A DNA stretch of 64,000 nucleotides from an uncultured Gammaproteobacteria bacterium (GTDB lineage: Bacteria > Pseudomonadota > Gammaproteobacteria > Burkholderiales > Usitatibacteraceae): the NCBI GenBank assembly GCA_963783635.1, contig CAWAOC010000002.1:28920-92919 (forward strand), in the 5' to 3' direction. Of the stretch, positions 50,775 through 62,343 are shown piece by piece. The notes beneath the pieces were generated by a model. The model worked only from the letters and a program-made list of their open reading frames with translations. It did no database searches and was not told where the DNA came from. The first letter of the stretch is position 1. Each line of letters opens with the position of its first letter. Both the position numbers and the translations under genes were made by a program.

Positions 50775-52050
50775 TCAGCGGTACGGCTTCAGCAGCTTGT
50801 CGGCTTCCGCTTGCGCCGCCTTCAGCGCGTCGGCCGGCTGCTTCTGGCCGGTGAGCGAGGCCTGGATGGCGTCGTCGAGGAGCTTGCGCACGCGGCCCGT
50901 CTGGAACGTGGAGAGCTCGGGGGTGGCGTACTGGAACTGGTCGCGCGCGACCACGGCCGGCGGGAACTCCGCGGCGTAGGCCTTGAGCTTCGGCGTGTCG
51001 TAGGCCGCGGGCGAGATGCCCACGTAGCCGGTGGCCATGCTCCAGTCGGCGGCGCGCTCGGGCGCCGTCATGAACTTCACGAAGGCGAGCGCGGCCTTGC
51101 GCTCCTCCGGCGTCGTCTTCTTGAAGAGGTAGAAGTTGCCGCCGCCGGTGGGCGAGCCGCGCTGCTTGGAGGCGGGCAGCATGGCCACGCCGAACGGGAA
51201 CTTGGCCGAGCCCTTCACCGCGGTGAGGTTGCCCGTCGTGTGCCACATGATCGCGGTCTTGCCTTCGGTGAAGGCCTGGCGCAGCGTCCCCCACTCCACG
51301 GTGCCTTCCGGCATCACCTTGTACCTGGCGCCCAGGTCGCGCCAGTACTGCAGCGCGGAGATCACGTCCGGGTGCGCGTAGTTCGTCTGGTTGCCGTCGC
51401 GGTTCATGAGGTCCTGGCCGTTCTGGCGCGCGAACGCCTGGAACATCCAGTACGCGTAGCCGGTGGAGGGCACCATGACGCCCCAGCGCTGCACGTTGCC
51501 CGAGGCGTCCTTCTTCACGAGCTTCTGCGCCATCTGCGTCATCTCGGTCCAGTTGGCCGGGGCCTTCTCCGGGTCGAGGCCGGCTTCCTTGAACGCGTCC
51601 TTGTTCCAGTACATCACGATCGTCGAGCGCTGGAACGGGATGCCGTAGACCTTGCCCTTGTAGGTGCCGTTCATCATCAGCGCCGGGTAGAAGGACTTGA
51701 TCCAGGCCTTGTCCTCGGCGGAGGTGGCGACGTCGTCCCAGGGCATGATCACGTCCTGCTCGAGGAGCTCGTAGATGTCGATCGAGAAGAGCACCGAGAT
51801 CTGCGCGGGCTGGCCGGCCTTCAGCGCCGCGAGCGCCTTGATGCGCGCGTCGTCGTAGTTGCCGGCGTAGATCGGCTTCACCTTCACGCCGGGATTCTGC
51901 CTTCTCGAAATCCGCCGCGTAGCCGTCGATCACCTTGGTGAGCGGGCCGCCGACGGCGATCGGGTAATAGAAGGTGATTTCCGTGTCGGCCCGCGCCGCC
52001 TGGGCGAAGGCCATGAGCGCTGCCGTGAGCAATGCCAGTATCGACCGCAT
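50775..52050 (-). pseudogene. ABC sugar transporter extracellular solute-binding protein (family 1); 1 frame break near 51895
   Basis: Signal peptide MRSILALLTAALMAFAQAARA is followed by EITFYYPIAVGGPL. ORF 50775..51887 carries the remainder. Confidence 0.85.
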
Positions 52051-52133
52051 GTTGTCTCTCCCCTTCGTCGTTCGTAGCAAGCCCGGACTTTCCCTTTTAC
52101 AGCCTAGCGATCCAGTCTGGGCGCGCGCTTGAC

Positions 52134-53230
<1,097 letters not shown>

Positions 53231-53381
53231 GCGCCTTCCTTGCTGGGTTCCGGCAAGACAAGCGCGATTCTATCGTGCCGATGGAACGAAACGCGCATTT
53301 CGGGGAATGAACGGTAACCCGCGCCCCGGCGCCGCGCCGGATAATTCGCGTGTCCCGTTCAACGCGTCATTCGCCCTCGAC

Positions 53382-54137
53382 ATGTCCACTCGCATTCACG
53401 CTCCTGCGCTCGCCCTGGCCGGCGCCCTCGCCTGCCTTCCGGCCCATTCCTCGTCGCGGATCTCGCCGCCCGAGCCCTCCGAATTCGACCTCGTGAACCT
53501 GCGCATGACGGTGGATTCCTGCGCGTTCGCGCCCGAGACCGTTTCCGTCTCCTCCGGCGGCGGCACGATCCGCGTCGCGCATCGCCCGCGTCAGTGCCTC
53601 CTGCCCGGCGAGCCGCGCATCGTCGACATCCGGCTGGGCGCGCTGCCCATCGGCGACTGGCGGGTGGAGGTCCATCCCGACGGCGATCCTGCCGGGCCCG
53701 TCGAGGAGCGCATCGACTTCTCCGTGCGCGGCCGGCCGCAGATCGCCGTGTTCCCGCCGCCGCCGCGGCCGCTCACCGACTATTCCGGGCAGTGGTACCG
53801 CCCGGCCGAGGCGGGATGGGGACTCACGGTCGACCAGAGCCCGACGAACGTGGTGTTCGCGGCGTGGTACGTCTACGACGCGGCCGGCAGCCCGACCTGG
53901 TACACGATCCAGGGCGGGCAATGGACGAGCGCCGCGACCTGGTCCGGCACGGTCTATCGCACCTCGGGCCCGCCGTTTTTCGGCGCCGACTTCGACCCGG
54001 CGCGCGTCGCCGTCACGCCGGCCGGGCAGGCCGCCCTCGACTTCACCCAGCGCCCGGGCGAGGAAGGGTTCGCGACCCTCACCTACACGGTCGGCGGCAC
54101 GCAGGGAACCAAGCGCATCACGCGGCTGGCGTTCTAG
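53382..54137 (+). CDS. Hypothetical secreted protein
   Basis: Intact ORF with ATG at 53382 and signal peptide MSTRIHAPALALAGALACLPAHS. The C-terminal half is Trp/Tyr-rich (GQWYRPAEAGWGLTVDQ...AAWYVYDAAGSPTWYTIQGGQW). I recognise no family. Confidence 0.5.
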   Translation: MSTRIHAPALALAGALACLPAHSSSRISPPEPSEFDLVNLRMTVDSCAFAPETVSVSSGGGTIRVAHRPRQCLLPGEPRIVDIRLGALPIGDWRVEVHPDGDPAGPVEERIDFSVRGRPQIAVFPPPPRPLTDYSGQWYRPAEAGWGLTVDQSPTNVVFAAWYVYDAAGSPTWYTIQGGQWTSAATWSGTVYRTSGPPFFGADFDPARVAVTPAGQAALDFTQRPGEEGFATLTYTVGGTQGTKRITRLAF

Positions 54138-54155
54138 GATTTCCCTCACCCCCGA

Positions 54156-54181
54156 CCCCTCTCCCGCGAGCGGGAGAGGGG
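54156..54181. repeat. REP-type hairpin CCCCTCTCCCGC-GA-GCGGGAGAGGGG (preceded by CCCTCACCCCCGA)
   Basis: 12-bp arms. It resembles the CCCTCTCCC...GGGAGAGGG extragenic palindromes common in proteobacterial genomes (from memory). Confidence 0.6.
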
Positions 54182-54195
54182 GAGATAATGGGGGC

Positions 54196-55047
54196 ATGAA
54201 GCTCATCACCTGGAACCTCCAGTGGGGACGCGGCATCGACGGCCGCGTCGACCTCGCGCGCATCGTGGCGCACGCGCGCTCGATGGCGGACTTCGACGTG
54301 CTGAACGTGCAGGAGATCGCGGACAACTTCCCCGGCCTCGAGGGCAACGACGACGCGGACCAGTTCGCGCAGCTCGCCGCCCTGCTGCCCGGCTTCACGG
54401 CGATCCCCGGCTACGGCGTGGACCTGGACGGCCCCGGGCGGCGGCGGCGCTTCGGCAACATGATCCTCACGCGGCTGCCGGTCATCTCGGTGCGCCGCCA
54501 TGCGCTGCCGTGGCCCGCGGACCCGGGCAAGGAATCGATGCCGCGCGTGGCCATCGAGGCAACGCTCCGGCTTCCCCTCGGCCCCGTGCGCGTGACGACC
54601 ACGCATCTCGAGTACTACTCGCCGGTGCAGCGCACGGCGCAGGCGGTGCGGCTGCGGGAGCTGCACGACGAGGCGTGCGACCGCGCGGCGCGCCCCGGCT
54701 ACCCGACCGCGGAGGACGGCCCCTTCGACCTCACCGCGCAGACGCCCTCGGCGATCCTCACGGCGGACTTCAACTTCCCGCCCGAGAACCCCGCGTACGA
54801 CGAGATCGGCAAGCCGCTCGCGAGCGGCGGCCCCGCCTATCGCGACGCGTGGGTCCACCTGAACGGCCGGCGCGCGCACGAGCCCACCTTCTGCGTGCAC
54901 GACCACCGCTACGCGAAGGAGCCTTACTGCTGCGATTTCGTCTTCGTGAGCGAGGACCTGGTGCCGCGCGTGCGCGCGATCCGGGTCGACCTCGACACGC
55001 AGGTCTCCGACCACCAGCCGGTCCTGCTCGATTTCGACGAGCGATGA
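54196..55047 (+). CDS. Endonuclease/exonuclease/phosphatase (EEP) family protein
   Basis: Intact 283-codon ORF: MKLITWNLQWG...DVLNVQE...TTHLEY...ILTADFNF...VSDHQPVLLDF. Confidence 0.85.
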   Translation: MKLITWNLQWGRGIDGRVDLARIVAHARSMADFDVLNVQEIADNFPGLEGNDDADQFAQLAALLPGFTAIPGYGVDLDGPGRRRRFGNMILTRLPVISVRRHALPWPADPGKESMPRVAIEATLRLPLGPVRVTTTHLEYYSPVQRTAQAVRLRELHDEACDRAARPGYPTAEDGPFDLTAQTPSAILTADFNFPPENPAYDEIGKPLASGGPAYRDAWVHLNGRRAHEPTFCVHDHRYAKEPYCCDFVFVSEDLVPRVRAIRVDLDTQVSDHQPVLLDFDER

Positions 55048-56104
55048 TCCGGGCGCTCGCGGTCCTTCTGCTCGCCTGGGCCGTGCCGGTCCTGGCCCAG
55101 TCGTCGCCGGCCGCGCCCTGCGCGGTCACGCGACAAGCCCTGCCTCATGAAGGCGATGAAGGCGCACCCGGTGCGGACCCCGGCCTTCTGGAAGCCCACC
55201 CTCGCCCGCCCCATCGCCGAGCGGCTCGGTCCCGCGCCCGGCGGCGCTGGTCGAGTACCTGCAACTCGACAATGCGCCTCAACGGCTTCTCCGAGAACCC
55301 GCGCCCGAGCCGGCTGGCGGACGATTTCCTCGCCGACGTGCGCGGCGCCATCGCGGACCTGCCGCCGGCCGTCCGCCGCGCCTTCGACGACAGGTTCGCC
55401 GGCGTCTGGTTCGTGGACGATCTCGGCGGCACGGGCTTCACCGACATGTTCCTCGATGCCGGGGGCCAGCCCGTGGGCGGCTTCATCGTCCTCGACGCCG
55501 CGGTGCTCGGGAAATTCACCGCGAACGCGTGGGCCACGTGGAAGGAGAACACGCCGTTCAAGCCCGCGGAGGGCTGGAAGCTCGAGGCGCGCATCGAGGA
55601 GGCCGCCGGCGACAACCGGCGAGGCGCCATCCGCTACATCCTGCTGCACGAGCTGGGGCACGTGCTCTCGATCAACCGCGACATCCATCCGCGGTGGGAC
55701 CGGCCGCCCAACGAGGTCCCGGCAGGCGGCGCGCTTCCCGTTCTTCGACCTGTCCTGGACGATCGACCGGAAGCAGAATCGCTACGTGTCGAAGTTCGAC
55801 GGCGACTTCCCCGACGCGCCGCTCGGTCGTCTACTACCTGCGGCGCAAGCTCGAGCGCGAGCGGACATGGTCGCCGGCCTACGAGAGCCTCGCGAGGACG
55901 AACTTCCCCACGCTCTACGCCGCGACCAGCCCCGGCGACGACTTCGCCGAGTCCTTCGTGAGCTACGTGCACACCGTGCTCATGAAGCGGCCGTGGGAGA
56001 TCACCATGCGCAAGGACGGCAAGGTCGCGAAGACCTACCGCACCTGCTGGGAAGAGGCGCGCTGCGCCGCGAAGCGCAAGATCCTGGAGGACCTGCTCCG
56101 CTAG
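55044..56104 (+). pseudogene. Secreted hypothetical protein with HExxH motif (putative zinc-dependent hydrolase); about 4 frame breaks
   Basis: The ATG overlaps the EEP stop (ATGA). Signal peptide MIRALAVLLLAWAVPVLAQ, then IRYILLHELGHVLS, then DDFAESFVSYVH, ending KILEDLLR*. Confidence 0.5.
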
Positions 56105-56121
56105 AAGCATTTCGGTGACAT

Positions 56122-56189
56122 GGGGTCAGGTTACTTTACGCGTCGCCCGGCAATGCCGGGACTCGAGGACCGTAAAGTAACCTGACCCC
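56122..56189. repeat. REP-C: 19-bp perfect inverted arms GGGGTCAGGTTACTTTACG / CGTAAAGTAACCTGACCCC around a 30-nt loop with an inner hairpin CCCGGCA-A-TGCCGGG
   Basis: Read directly. It lies between the convergent HExxH gene and ubiB. Confidence 0.8.
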
Positions 56190-56205
56190 GATTCTCGTCC
56201 CAAAA

Positions 56206-57725
56206 TCACATGCCCTGGATGGCGAGGCCGATGACCATCGCGCCGAGGACGATCGCGATGGCGAGGAGGATCCCCGTCTGCCGGCGCTGGGTGGCCTCGA
56301 GGCGCTGGATCGCGCGCTCGATGCGCCCCGGCGCGTCGTCGGAGAGGATCTTGTGCACGAGCCGCGGCAGCTCCGGGACGAGCTTCGACCAGCGCGGCGC
56401 CTCGTGCTTGAGCTGCCGCCAGAGCGCGCGCGGCCCGAGCTGCTCGCTCATCCAGCGCTCCAGGATGGGCTGCGCGGCGCTCCGCAGGTCGAGCTCCGGG
56501 TCGAGGTGGCGGCCCAGCCCTTCCACCTGGAGAAGCGTCTTCTGCAGCAGCACCAGCTGCGGCTGGATGTCCATGCGGAAGCGCCGGCCCACCTCGAAGA
56601 GGCGCAGCAGGAGCTTGCCGAAGTAGATGTCCTTCAGCGGCTTGTCGAAGATCGGCTCGCACACGGAGCGGATCGCGCCCTCGAACTCCTCCAGCCCGGT
56701 GTCGGCCGGCACCCACCCCGCCTCGATGTGGGCCAGCGCCACCGCCTTGTAGTCGCGCTTGAAGAAGGCGATGAAGATCATCGCGAGGCAGTTCTTGTCC
56801 ACCTCCGGCAGCGCCCCCATGATCCCGTAGTCGATGCCGCAGTAGCGCCCGTCGCGCGCGACGAAGATGTTGCCGGGGTGCATGTCGGCGTGGAAGAAGC
56901 CGTCGCGGAACACCTGCGTGAAGAAGATCTCCACGCCGTTGCGGCCGAGCGTGGCGGTGTCGATGCCGTTCGCGCGGATCTGCTCGAGGTCGTTCACGGG
57001 GATGGCGTCGATGCGCTCCATCACCATCACCTCCCGCGTGCACCAGTCGAAGTACACGTCCGGCACGTAGAGGATCCTGCTGCCCGCGAAGTTGCGCCGC
57101 ACCGTGCTCATGCTGGAGGCCTCGCGCAGGAGGTCCAGCTCGTCGTGGATGATCTTGTCGAACTCGTTCACGACCTCGCGGGCCCGCAGCAGGTCGCTCA
57201 GGGGATGCAGCCGCTCGATGAGGCCCGCCACGACGTAGAGGAGCCCCGTGTCGTTGTCGATCGTCTCCACGATGCGGGGCCGCAGGATCTTCACCGCCAC
57301 CTCGCGGCCGTCGGGCAGCTCCGCGAAATGCACCTGGGCGACGGAGGCGCTCGCCACGGGCGTCAGGTCGAAGTTCCGGAAGACCTCCGTGTAGGGCTTG
57401 CCGTAGGCGCGGTCGAGCGTCTCGACGACCTGCTGCCGCCGGGAAGGGCGGCACGCTGTCCTGCAGCTTCGAGAGCTCGTCGGTGATGTCGGTGGGGATC
57501 GAGGTCGGGGCGGATGGACAGGAGCTGCCCGAACTTCACGAAGATCGGGCCCAGTTCCTGGAAGGCAACGCGCAGCCGCACCCCGCGCGGGCCCGACCGG
57601 TCCGCCCAGAAGAAGGCCACCCGGAAGGCGAGGCGCACGAGCGAGCTGCCCCGCCCGACGATGAATTCGTCGAGGCCGTGGCGACCGATCGTGGAAACGA
57701 TGCGAAGGAACCGGAAGAACCGCAT
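56206..57725 (-). pseudogene. ubiB: Ubiquinone biosynthesis regulatory protein kinase UbiB (ABC1 family); 2 frame breaks near the 5' end
   Basis: [19 protein letters not shown], then ASVAQVHFAELPDGREVAVKILRP, HADMHPGNIFV, IDYGIMG, and a C-terminal TM. Confidence 0.85.
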
Positions 57726-57747
57726 GGAAGCGCGATTCTACCGTCCC

Positions 57748-57783
57748 GCGGTGTCAGAACTGCGACACCGTGTCTGACACCGC
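57748..57783. repeat. REP-A copy 3: CGCGGTGTCAGA-N12-TCTGACACCGCG hairpin
   Basis: 12-bp stem between the msrA stop and the ubiB start. Confidence 0.7.
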
Positions 57784-57788
57784 GGGGG

Positions 57789-58330
57789 TTACTTCTTCAG
57801 GCGGTCGATGAAGTGCTTGCGGAACTTGGCCACCTTCGGCTCCACGACGAAGGTGCAGTAGGGATTCTGCGAGCCCACGCGCGCGAAGTACTCCTGGTGG
57901 TAGTCCTCGGCCTGCCAGAACGTGGCGGCCGGGACCACCTCGGTGACGATCGGGTTCGACCAGAGCTTCTTCGGCGTCGAGCGTCGCGATCGTCTCCCGC
58001 GCCGCCTTTTCCTGTTCCGGCGTATGGAAGAAGATGGCCGAGCGGTACTGGGTGCCCACGTCGTTGCCCTGGCGGTTGGGCGTCGTGGGATCGTGGATCG
58101 TGAAGAAAACCGCCAGAAGATCGCGGAAATTCACCACATCGGCGTCGAACGTCACCCGGACCACCTCCGCGTGGCCGGTCTCGCCGGTGCAGATGTCCTC
58201 GTAGGTCGGGTTCGGCCGTTGGCCCCCCATGTACCCCGATTCGACGCTGATCCACCCCCGAAAGCTGGTCGAAGACCGCCTCCAGGCACCAGAAGCACCC
58301 GCCGGCCAGGGTCGCCGTTTCCGTCGCCAT
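57789..58330 (-). pseudogene. msrA: Peptide-methionine (S)-S-oxide reductase; 2 frame breaks
   Basis: [20 protein letters not shown], then [42 protein letters not shown] and EDYHQEYF. Confidence 0.85.
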
Positions 58331-58366
58331 CGGCCGTCTCCCGCAAGAATCGCGCCCGAAATCGGG

Positions 58367-58423
58367 CCACTATAGGTTGAAAAAACTGGACAGAAATCCC
58401 GACACGACCACAAAATGTGGGGG
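58367..58423. promoter_or_regulatory. Two NrdR-box-like 16-mers (CCACTATAGGTTGAAA 58367..58382; CCACAAAATGTGGGGG 58408..58423)
   Basis: By my alignment each matches about 8 of the 10 core positions of acaCwAtATaTwGtgt. The 41-bp start-to-start spacing is longer than the usual 31-32 bp. Confidence 0.3.
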
Positions 58424-58443
58424 TTCGACGCCATGCCCGCCAC

Positions 58444-58457
58444 TTGATCTGGGTCAA
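58444..58457. promoter_or_regulatory. FNR/Anr-like box TTGATCTGGGTCAA upstream of nrdJ
   Basis: 9/10 match to TTGAT-N4-ATCAA, centred about 100 bp upstream of the nrdJ ATG. Confidence 0.35.
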
Positions 58458-58550
58458 CCGGAAAAGGGGGTCGGCTGGCAAGAATCGTTGCTCTGCCCGC
58501 CCAAGAAGCTGGCGAGTTCACTTTATAACGCAGTCGAGGGGGATCACCTT

Positions 58551-61415
58551 ATGAGCGTGGCCAAGTCCCGCCGTTCCGCAGCCGACATCTCGAAGCTGCC
58601 CGCCCAGGAAATCAGCACCGAAGTCCTCGTCGAGAAGTACGCCAAGGACGGCGAAACCTCGATCCGCGAAGTGCGGGTGCGCGTGGCCAAGGCCCTGGCG
58701 GCCAACGAGAACGAGGACCGCCGGGCCTTCTGGGAGGCCAAGTTCCTCGAAGCCCAGGAAAACGGATTCATCCCCGCCGGCCGCATCAATTCCGCCGCCG
58801 GCACCAGCCTCACCGCCACGCTCATCAACTGCTTCGTGCAGCCGGTGGGCGACTCCATCACCGAGATCGTCGACGGGCGCCCCGGCATCTACACGGCGCT
58901 GGCCGAAGCCGCGGAGACGATGCGCCGCGGCGGCGGCGTGGGCTACGACTTCTCCTCCATCCGCCCCGAGGGCGCGTGGGTCAAGGGCACCAACTCGCGC
59001 GCGAGCGGGCCGGTTTCGTACATGCGCGTGTTCGACCAGTCGTGCGAAACGGTCGAGAGCGCGGGCGCGCGCCGCGGCGCGCAGATGGGCGTGCTGCGCT
59101 GCGACCACCCGGACATCGAGCGCTTCATCCACGCCAAGGACCAGGGCGACCTCACCAACTTCAACGTCTCCGTGGGCGTCACCGACGCGTTCATGAAGGC
59201 CGTGGAAGCCAACGGCGACGTGGAGCTGGTGCACCGCGCCGAGCCCTCGCAGGAAGTGAAGGACGGCGGCGGCTACCAGCGCGGCGACGGGCTGTGGGTG
59301 TACCGCAAGGTGCGCGCCCAGGACCTGTGGGACCAGGTCATGCGCTCGACCTACGACCACGCCGAGCCGGGCATCCTCTTCCTCGACCGCATCAACCGCG
59401 ACAACAACCTGTATTACTGCGAGGCCATCGAGGCGACGAACCCGTGCGCCGAGCAGCCCCTGCCCGCCTACGGCTGCTGCTGCCTGGGCTCCATCGACGT
59501 GGCGCGCTTCGTGAAGAGCCCGTTCGAGGACGACTGCGCCTTCGACTTCGAGGGCTTCGGCAAGGTGATCGACGCCTCCGTGCGCATGCTGGACAACGTG
59601 CTCGACGTGACGCCCTGGCCGCTGCCCGCGCAGAAGAAGGAAGCCTCGAACAAGCGCCGCGTGGGCCTGGGCTACACGGGGCTGGGCGATGCGCTCCTGA
59701 TGCTTCGCCTCGCCTACGACACGGACGACGCGCGCGCCATGGGCGCGAAGATCACCGAGTACATGCGCGACCGCGCGTACGAGGCGAGCGTGGAGCTGGC
59801 CCGCGAGCGCGGCGCCTTCCCGCTCTTCAACGCCGACCTCTACCTCTCCGGCGGCAACTTCGCCTCGCGCCTGCCGCAGGAGATCAAGGACAAGATCCGC
59901 AAGCACGGCATCCGCAACTCCCACCTCCTGTCGATCGCGCCCACCGGCACGATCTCGCTCGCCTTCGCCGACAACGCCTCCAACGGCATCGAGCCGCCCT
60001 TCTCCTGGACCTACACGCGCAAGAAGCGCATGGCCGACGGCACGCACAAGGAGTTCCGCGTCGAGGACCACGCCTTCCGCCTGTTCAAGTTCCTGAACGG
60101 CGAGGACGCGAAGCTGCCGGAGTGGTTCGTGACCGCGCTCGAGATCTCCGCGGAAGCGCACAAGGCGATGGTGGCCGCCGTGGCGCCGTTCATCGACACC
60201 AGCATCTCGAAGACGGTGAACGTGCCCGAGGACTACCCCTACTCCGAGTTCGAGGGGCTCTACCTCTCGGCGTGGAAGTCGGGCCTGAAGGGCCTGGCCA
60301 CCTACCGGCCCAACAGCGTGCTCGGCTCCGTGCTGTCGACGGAACCCGCGAAGCCGGCCGAGCCCGCGCGCGCCGAGCTGCCGGTGGACACGATGAACCG
60401 GCGCCTGTCGATCAAGTCGCTGCCCGAGCCCGTGCTCGCGAGCCTGCGCTGGCCCGGCCGCCCGGAGCTGCCCGAGGGCAACCCGGCGTGGACGTACATG
60501 ATCGATTCGCCCGTGGGCAAGTTCGCGCTCTTCATCGGCCACGTGGAGGGCGAGACGCACCGCGCCTTCCCGTTCGAGGTCTGGGTGAACGGCGCCGAGC
60601 AGCCGCGCGGCCTGGGGGCGGTGGCGAAGACGCTTTCCATGGACATGCGCGCCAACGACCGCGCCTGGCTCAAGATGAAGCTCGACGCGCTGGCGCTCAC
60701 CGTGGGCGACGACGGCTTCGACATGCGCATGCCGCCGCACGGCGAGAAGCGGCGCGTGCCCAGCATGGTCTCCGCGCTCGGGCAGGTCGTGCGCTGGCGA
60801 TGCGAGTCGCTCAAGGCCTTCGACGACGCGGGCGCCTCCCCCCTGCTGGACGCCCTCTTCAGCCTCGAGGAGCCGCGCACCGGCACCGACGGCACGCTCG
60901 CCTGGACGGTGGACATCGCGAACCCCGCCTCGGGCGAGGAATTCGTGATGGGCCTGAAGGAAATGCACATGCCCGACGGCGGCACGCGGCCCTACTCGAT
61001 GTGGCTCTCGGGGCACTACCCGCGCGCGCTCGACGGGCTGGCGAAGCTCCTCTCGCTCGACATGCGCGTGATGGACCCGGCCTGGATCGGCATGAAGCTT
61101 CGCAAGCTCCTCGACTACAGCGAGCCGCTGGGCGACTTCATGGCCTTCGTGCCCGGCCAGCGCCGGCAGCAGAACTGGTCCTCCACCGTCGCGTACCTCG
61201 CGCGCCTGGTCATCCACCGCTACTCGATGCTGGGCGTCCTCGACGAGAACGGCTACCCCAAGCAGGAGATGGGCATCCTCGAGTCGCCGCGGCGCGGGGA
61301 CGAGCCCGCGCTCATGAAGGGCACCAAGTGCGGCGAGTGCGGGAACATGACCGTCATCCGCAAGGACGGCTGCGATTTCTGCAGCGCGTGCGGGTGGGTG
61401 GGGGCGTGCGGATAG
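58551..61415 (+). CDS. nrdJ: Class II (adenosylcobalamin-dependent) ribonucleoside-diphosphate reductase
   Basis: The ATG at 58551 follows GAGGGGGA, giving an intact 954 codons. Motifs are [15 protein letters not shown], the active-site NPCAEQPL, and a C-terminal Cys-rich tail [23 protein letters not shown]. Confidence 0.9.
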   Translation: MSVAKSRRSAADISKLPAQEISTEVLVEKYAKDGETSIREVRVRVAKALAANENEDRRAFWEAKFLEAQENGFIPAGRINSAAGTSLTATLINCFVQPVGDSITEIVDGRPGIYTALAEAAETMRRGGGVGYDFSSIRPEGAWVKGTNSRASGPVSYMRVFDQSCETVESAGARRGAQMGVLRCDHPDIERFIHAKDQGDLTNFNVSVGVTDAFMKAVEANGDVELVHRAEPSQEVKDGGGYQRGDGLWVYRKVRAQDLWDQVMRSTYDHAEPGILFLDRINRDNNLYYCEAIEATNPCAEQPLPAYGCCCLGSIDVARFVKSPFEDDCAFDFEGFGKVIDASVRMLDNVLDVTPWPLPAQKKEASNKRRVGLGYTGLGDALLMLRLAYDTDDARAMGAKITEYMRDRAYEASVELARERGAFPLFNADLYLSGGNFASRLPQEIKDKIRKHGIRNSHLLSIAPTGTISLAFADNASNGIEPPFSWTYTRKKRMADGTHKEFRVEDHAFRLFKFLNGEDAKLPEWFVTALEISAEAHKAMVAAVAPFIDTSISKTVNVPEDYPYSEFEGLYLSAWKSGLKGLATYRPNSVLGSVLSTEPAKPAEPARAELPVDTMNRRLSIKSLPEPVLASLRWPGRPELPEGNPAWTYMIDSPVGKFALFIGHVEGETHRAFPFEVWVNGAEQPRGLGAVAKTLSMDMRANDRAWLKMKLDALALTVGDDGFDMRMPPHGEKRRVPSMVSALGQVVRWRCESLKAFDDAGASPLLDALFSLEEPRTGTDGTLAWTVDIANPASGEEFVMGLKEMHMPDGGTRPYSMWLSGHYPRALDGLAKLLSLDMRVMDPAWIGMKLRKLLDYSEPLGDFMAFVPGQRRQQNWSSTVAYLARLVIHRYSMLGVLDENGYPKQEMGILESPRRGDEPALMKGTKCGECGNMTVIRKDGCDFCSACGWVGACG

Positions 61416-61484
61416 CGCCTGCCGCAAGCTGGCGACGGGGACAGTTGATAGGGATTCGCGAGATCCGAGACCCCGACGCACGCC

Positions 61485-61733
61485 ATGAACGCCCCCTCCG
61501 AACGCCCGCCCCTGCCCGATCGCCTGTCCGTGGATCCGCGCAGCCCCCACCACGTGGCCGCCGTGCTCGAGCACGACATCGGCATCCGCCTGAACGACCA
61601 TGAACGCAGGGACGTGGAGGAGTACTGCATCAGCGAGGGCTGGGTCAAGGTGCAGGCGGGCAAGGCGGTGGACCGCAAGGGGCACCCGCTGCTGATCAAG
61701 CTCAAGGGCAAGGTCGAGGCGTTTTACCGGTAG
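61485..61733 (+). CDS. DUF3297-family small protein
   Basis: Intact 82-codon ORF: PDRLSVDPRSPHH...IRLNDHERRDVEEYCISEGWVKV. The family assignment is from memory. Confidence 0.6.
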   Translation: MNAPSERPPLPDRLSVDPRSPHHVAAVLEHDIGIRLNDHERRDVEEYCISEGWVKVQAGKAVDRKGHPLLIKLKGKVEAFYR

Positions 61734-61795
61734 GCACGCCGCGGCAGGGCCGCGATCCCTCCGCCGTATCAGGGAGGGAAACGCGACAGCGGCGC

Positions 61796-62290
61796 TCATT
61801 TCGGCGACGAACCCCGGCACTCGAGCGGCAGTTGGCTCGACGGGATGTCCGTCTCGTCGCGGCCGCGAATCTCCATGCCGTTGGGCACGGGAACGTCGTG
61901 GCAGATCCAGGCGATGGGCACCAGGGGCTGGTCCGCCACGATGGCCGGCCGCAGCGTCACGCGCTTGCCATCCAGCGCCTTGCCGGCGTTGTTCCCGTAG
62001 GTGAGGGTGATCGCCCCGCCATCGACGTTCACGTCCTTCACGAGGTTGCCGACGATCTTGTCGCGCGGCGGGATGGCGGCGGCCGCATTGTCCGCGGGCA
62101 TCTCCGCCTTGGCGGTCCACGCGGCCTGCACGCCCTGCTTGGCGAGGTCGGCGAGTACCAGACCCTCCTTCACCTGCTTCTTGAGCGCGGTGTCCCGCAT
62201 GGACGGGAACGCGAGGGCGGCCAGGATCGCGAAAACGGCGAGCACCAGCAGGAGCTCGATCCAGGTGAAGCCGGCGGAGTTTCTGCGCAT
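61796..62290 (-). CDS. Type IV pilin / pseudopilin with prepilin N-methylation motif
   Basis: The ATG at 62290 gives MRRNSAGFTWIELLLVLAVFAILAALAFP (G/FxxxE cleavage-methylation motif). A C-terminal Cys pair is present (C130, C158). No other pilus genes are in the window. Confidence 0.85.
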   Translation of the reverse strand: MRRNSAGFTWIELLLVLAVFAILAALAFPSMRDTALKKQVKEGLVLADLAKQGVQAAWTAKAEMPADNAAAAIPPRDKIVGNLVKDVNVDGGAITLTYGNNAGKALDGKRVTLRPAIVADQPLVPIAWICHDVPVPNGMEIRGRDETDIPSSQLPLECRGSSPK

Positions 62291-62343
62291 GGACGCGATG
62301 ATACGACGCTTCCCTGCCCGCGCCGTGCCTCGCCGGTCGCTTC

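Noticed and set aside
58458-58550. Possible cobalamin riboswitch in the nrdJ leader (GCCACTTGATC, GGAAAAGGG)
   Set aside because: Only fragmentary resemblance to the B12-box and conserved core. B12 repression of a B12-dependent RNR would also be counter-intuitive. A cmscan run would be needed to revive the idea.
58518-62120. 1200-codon ORF antisense to nrdJ
   Set aside because: The composition is Arg/Ala/Gly/Pro/His-rich with no recognisable motif. It fully overlaps the intact, strongly conserved nrdJ on the other strand. Stop-free antisense frames are expected at this GC content.
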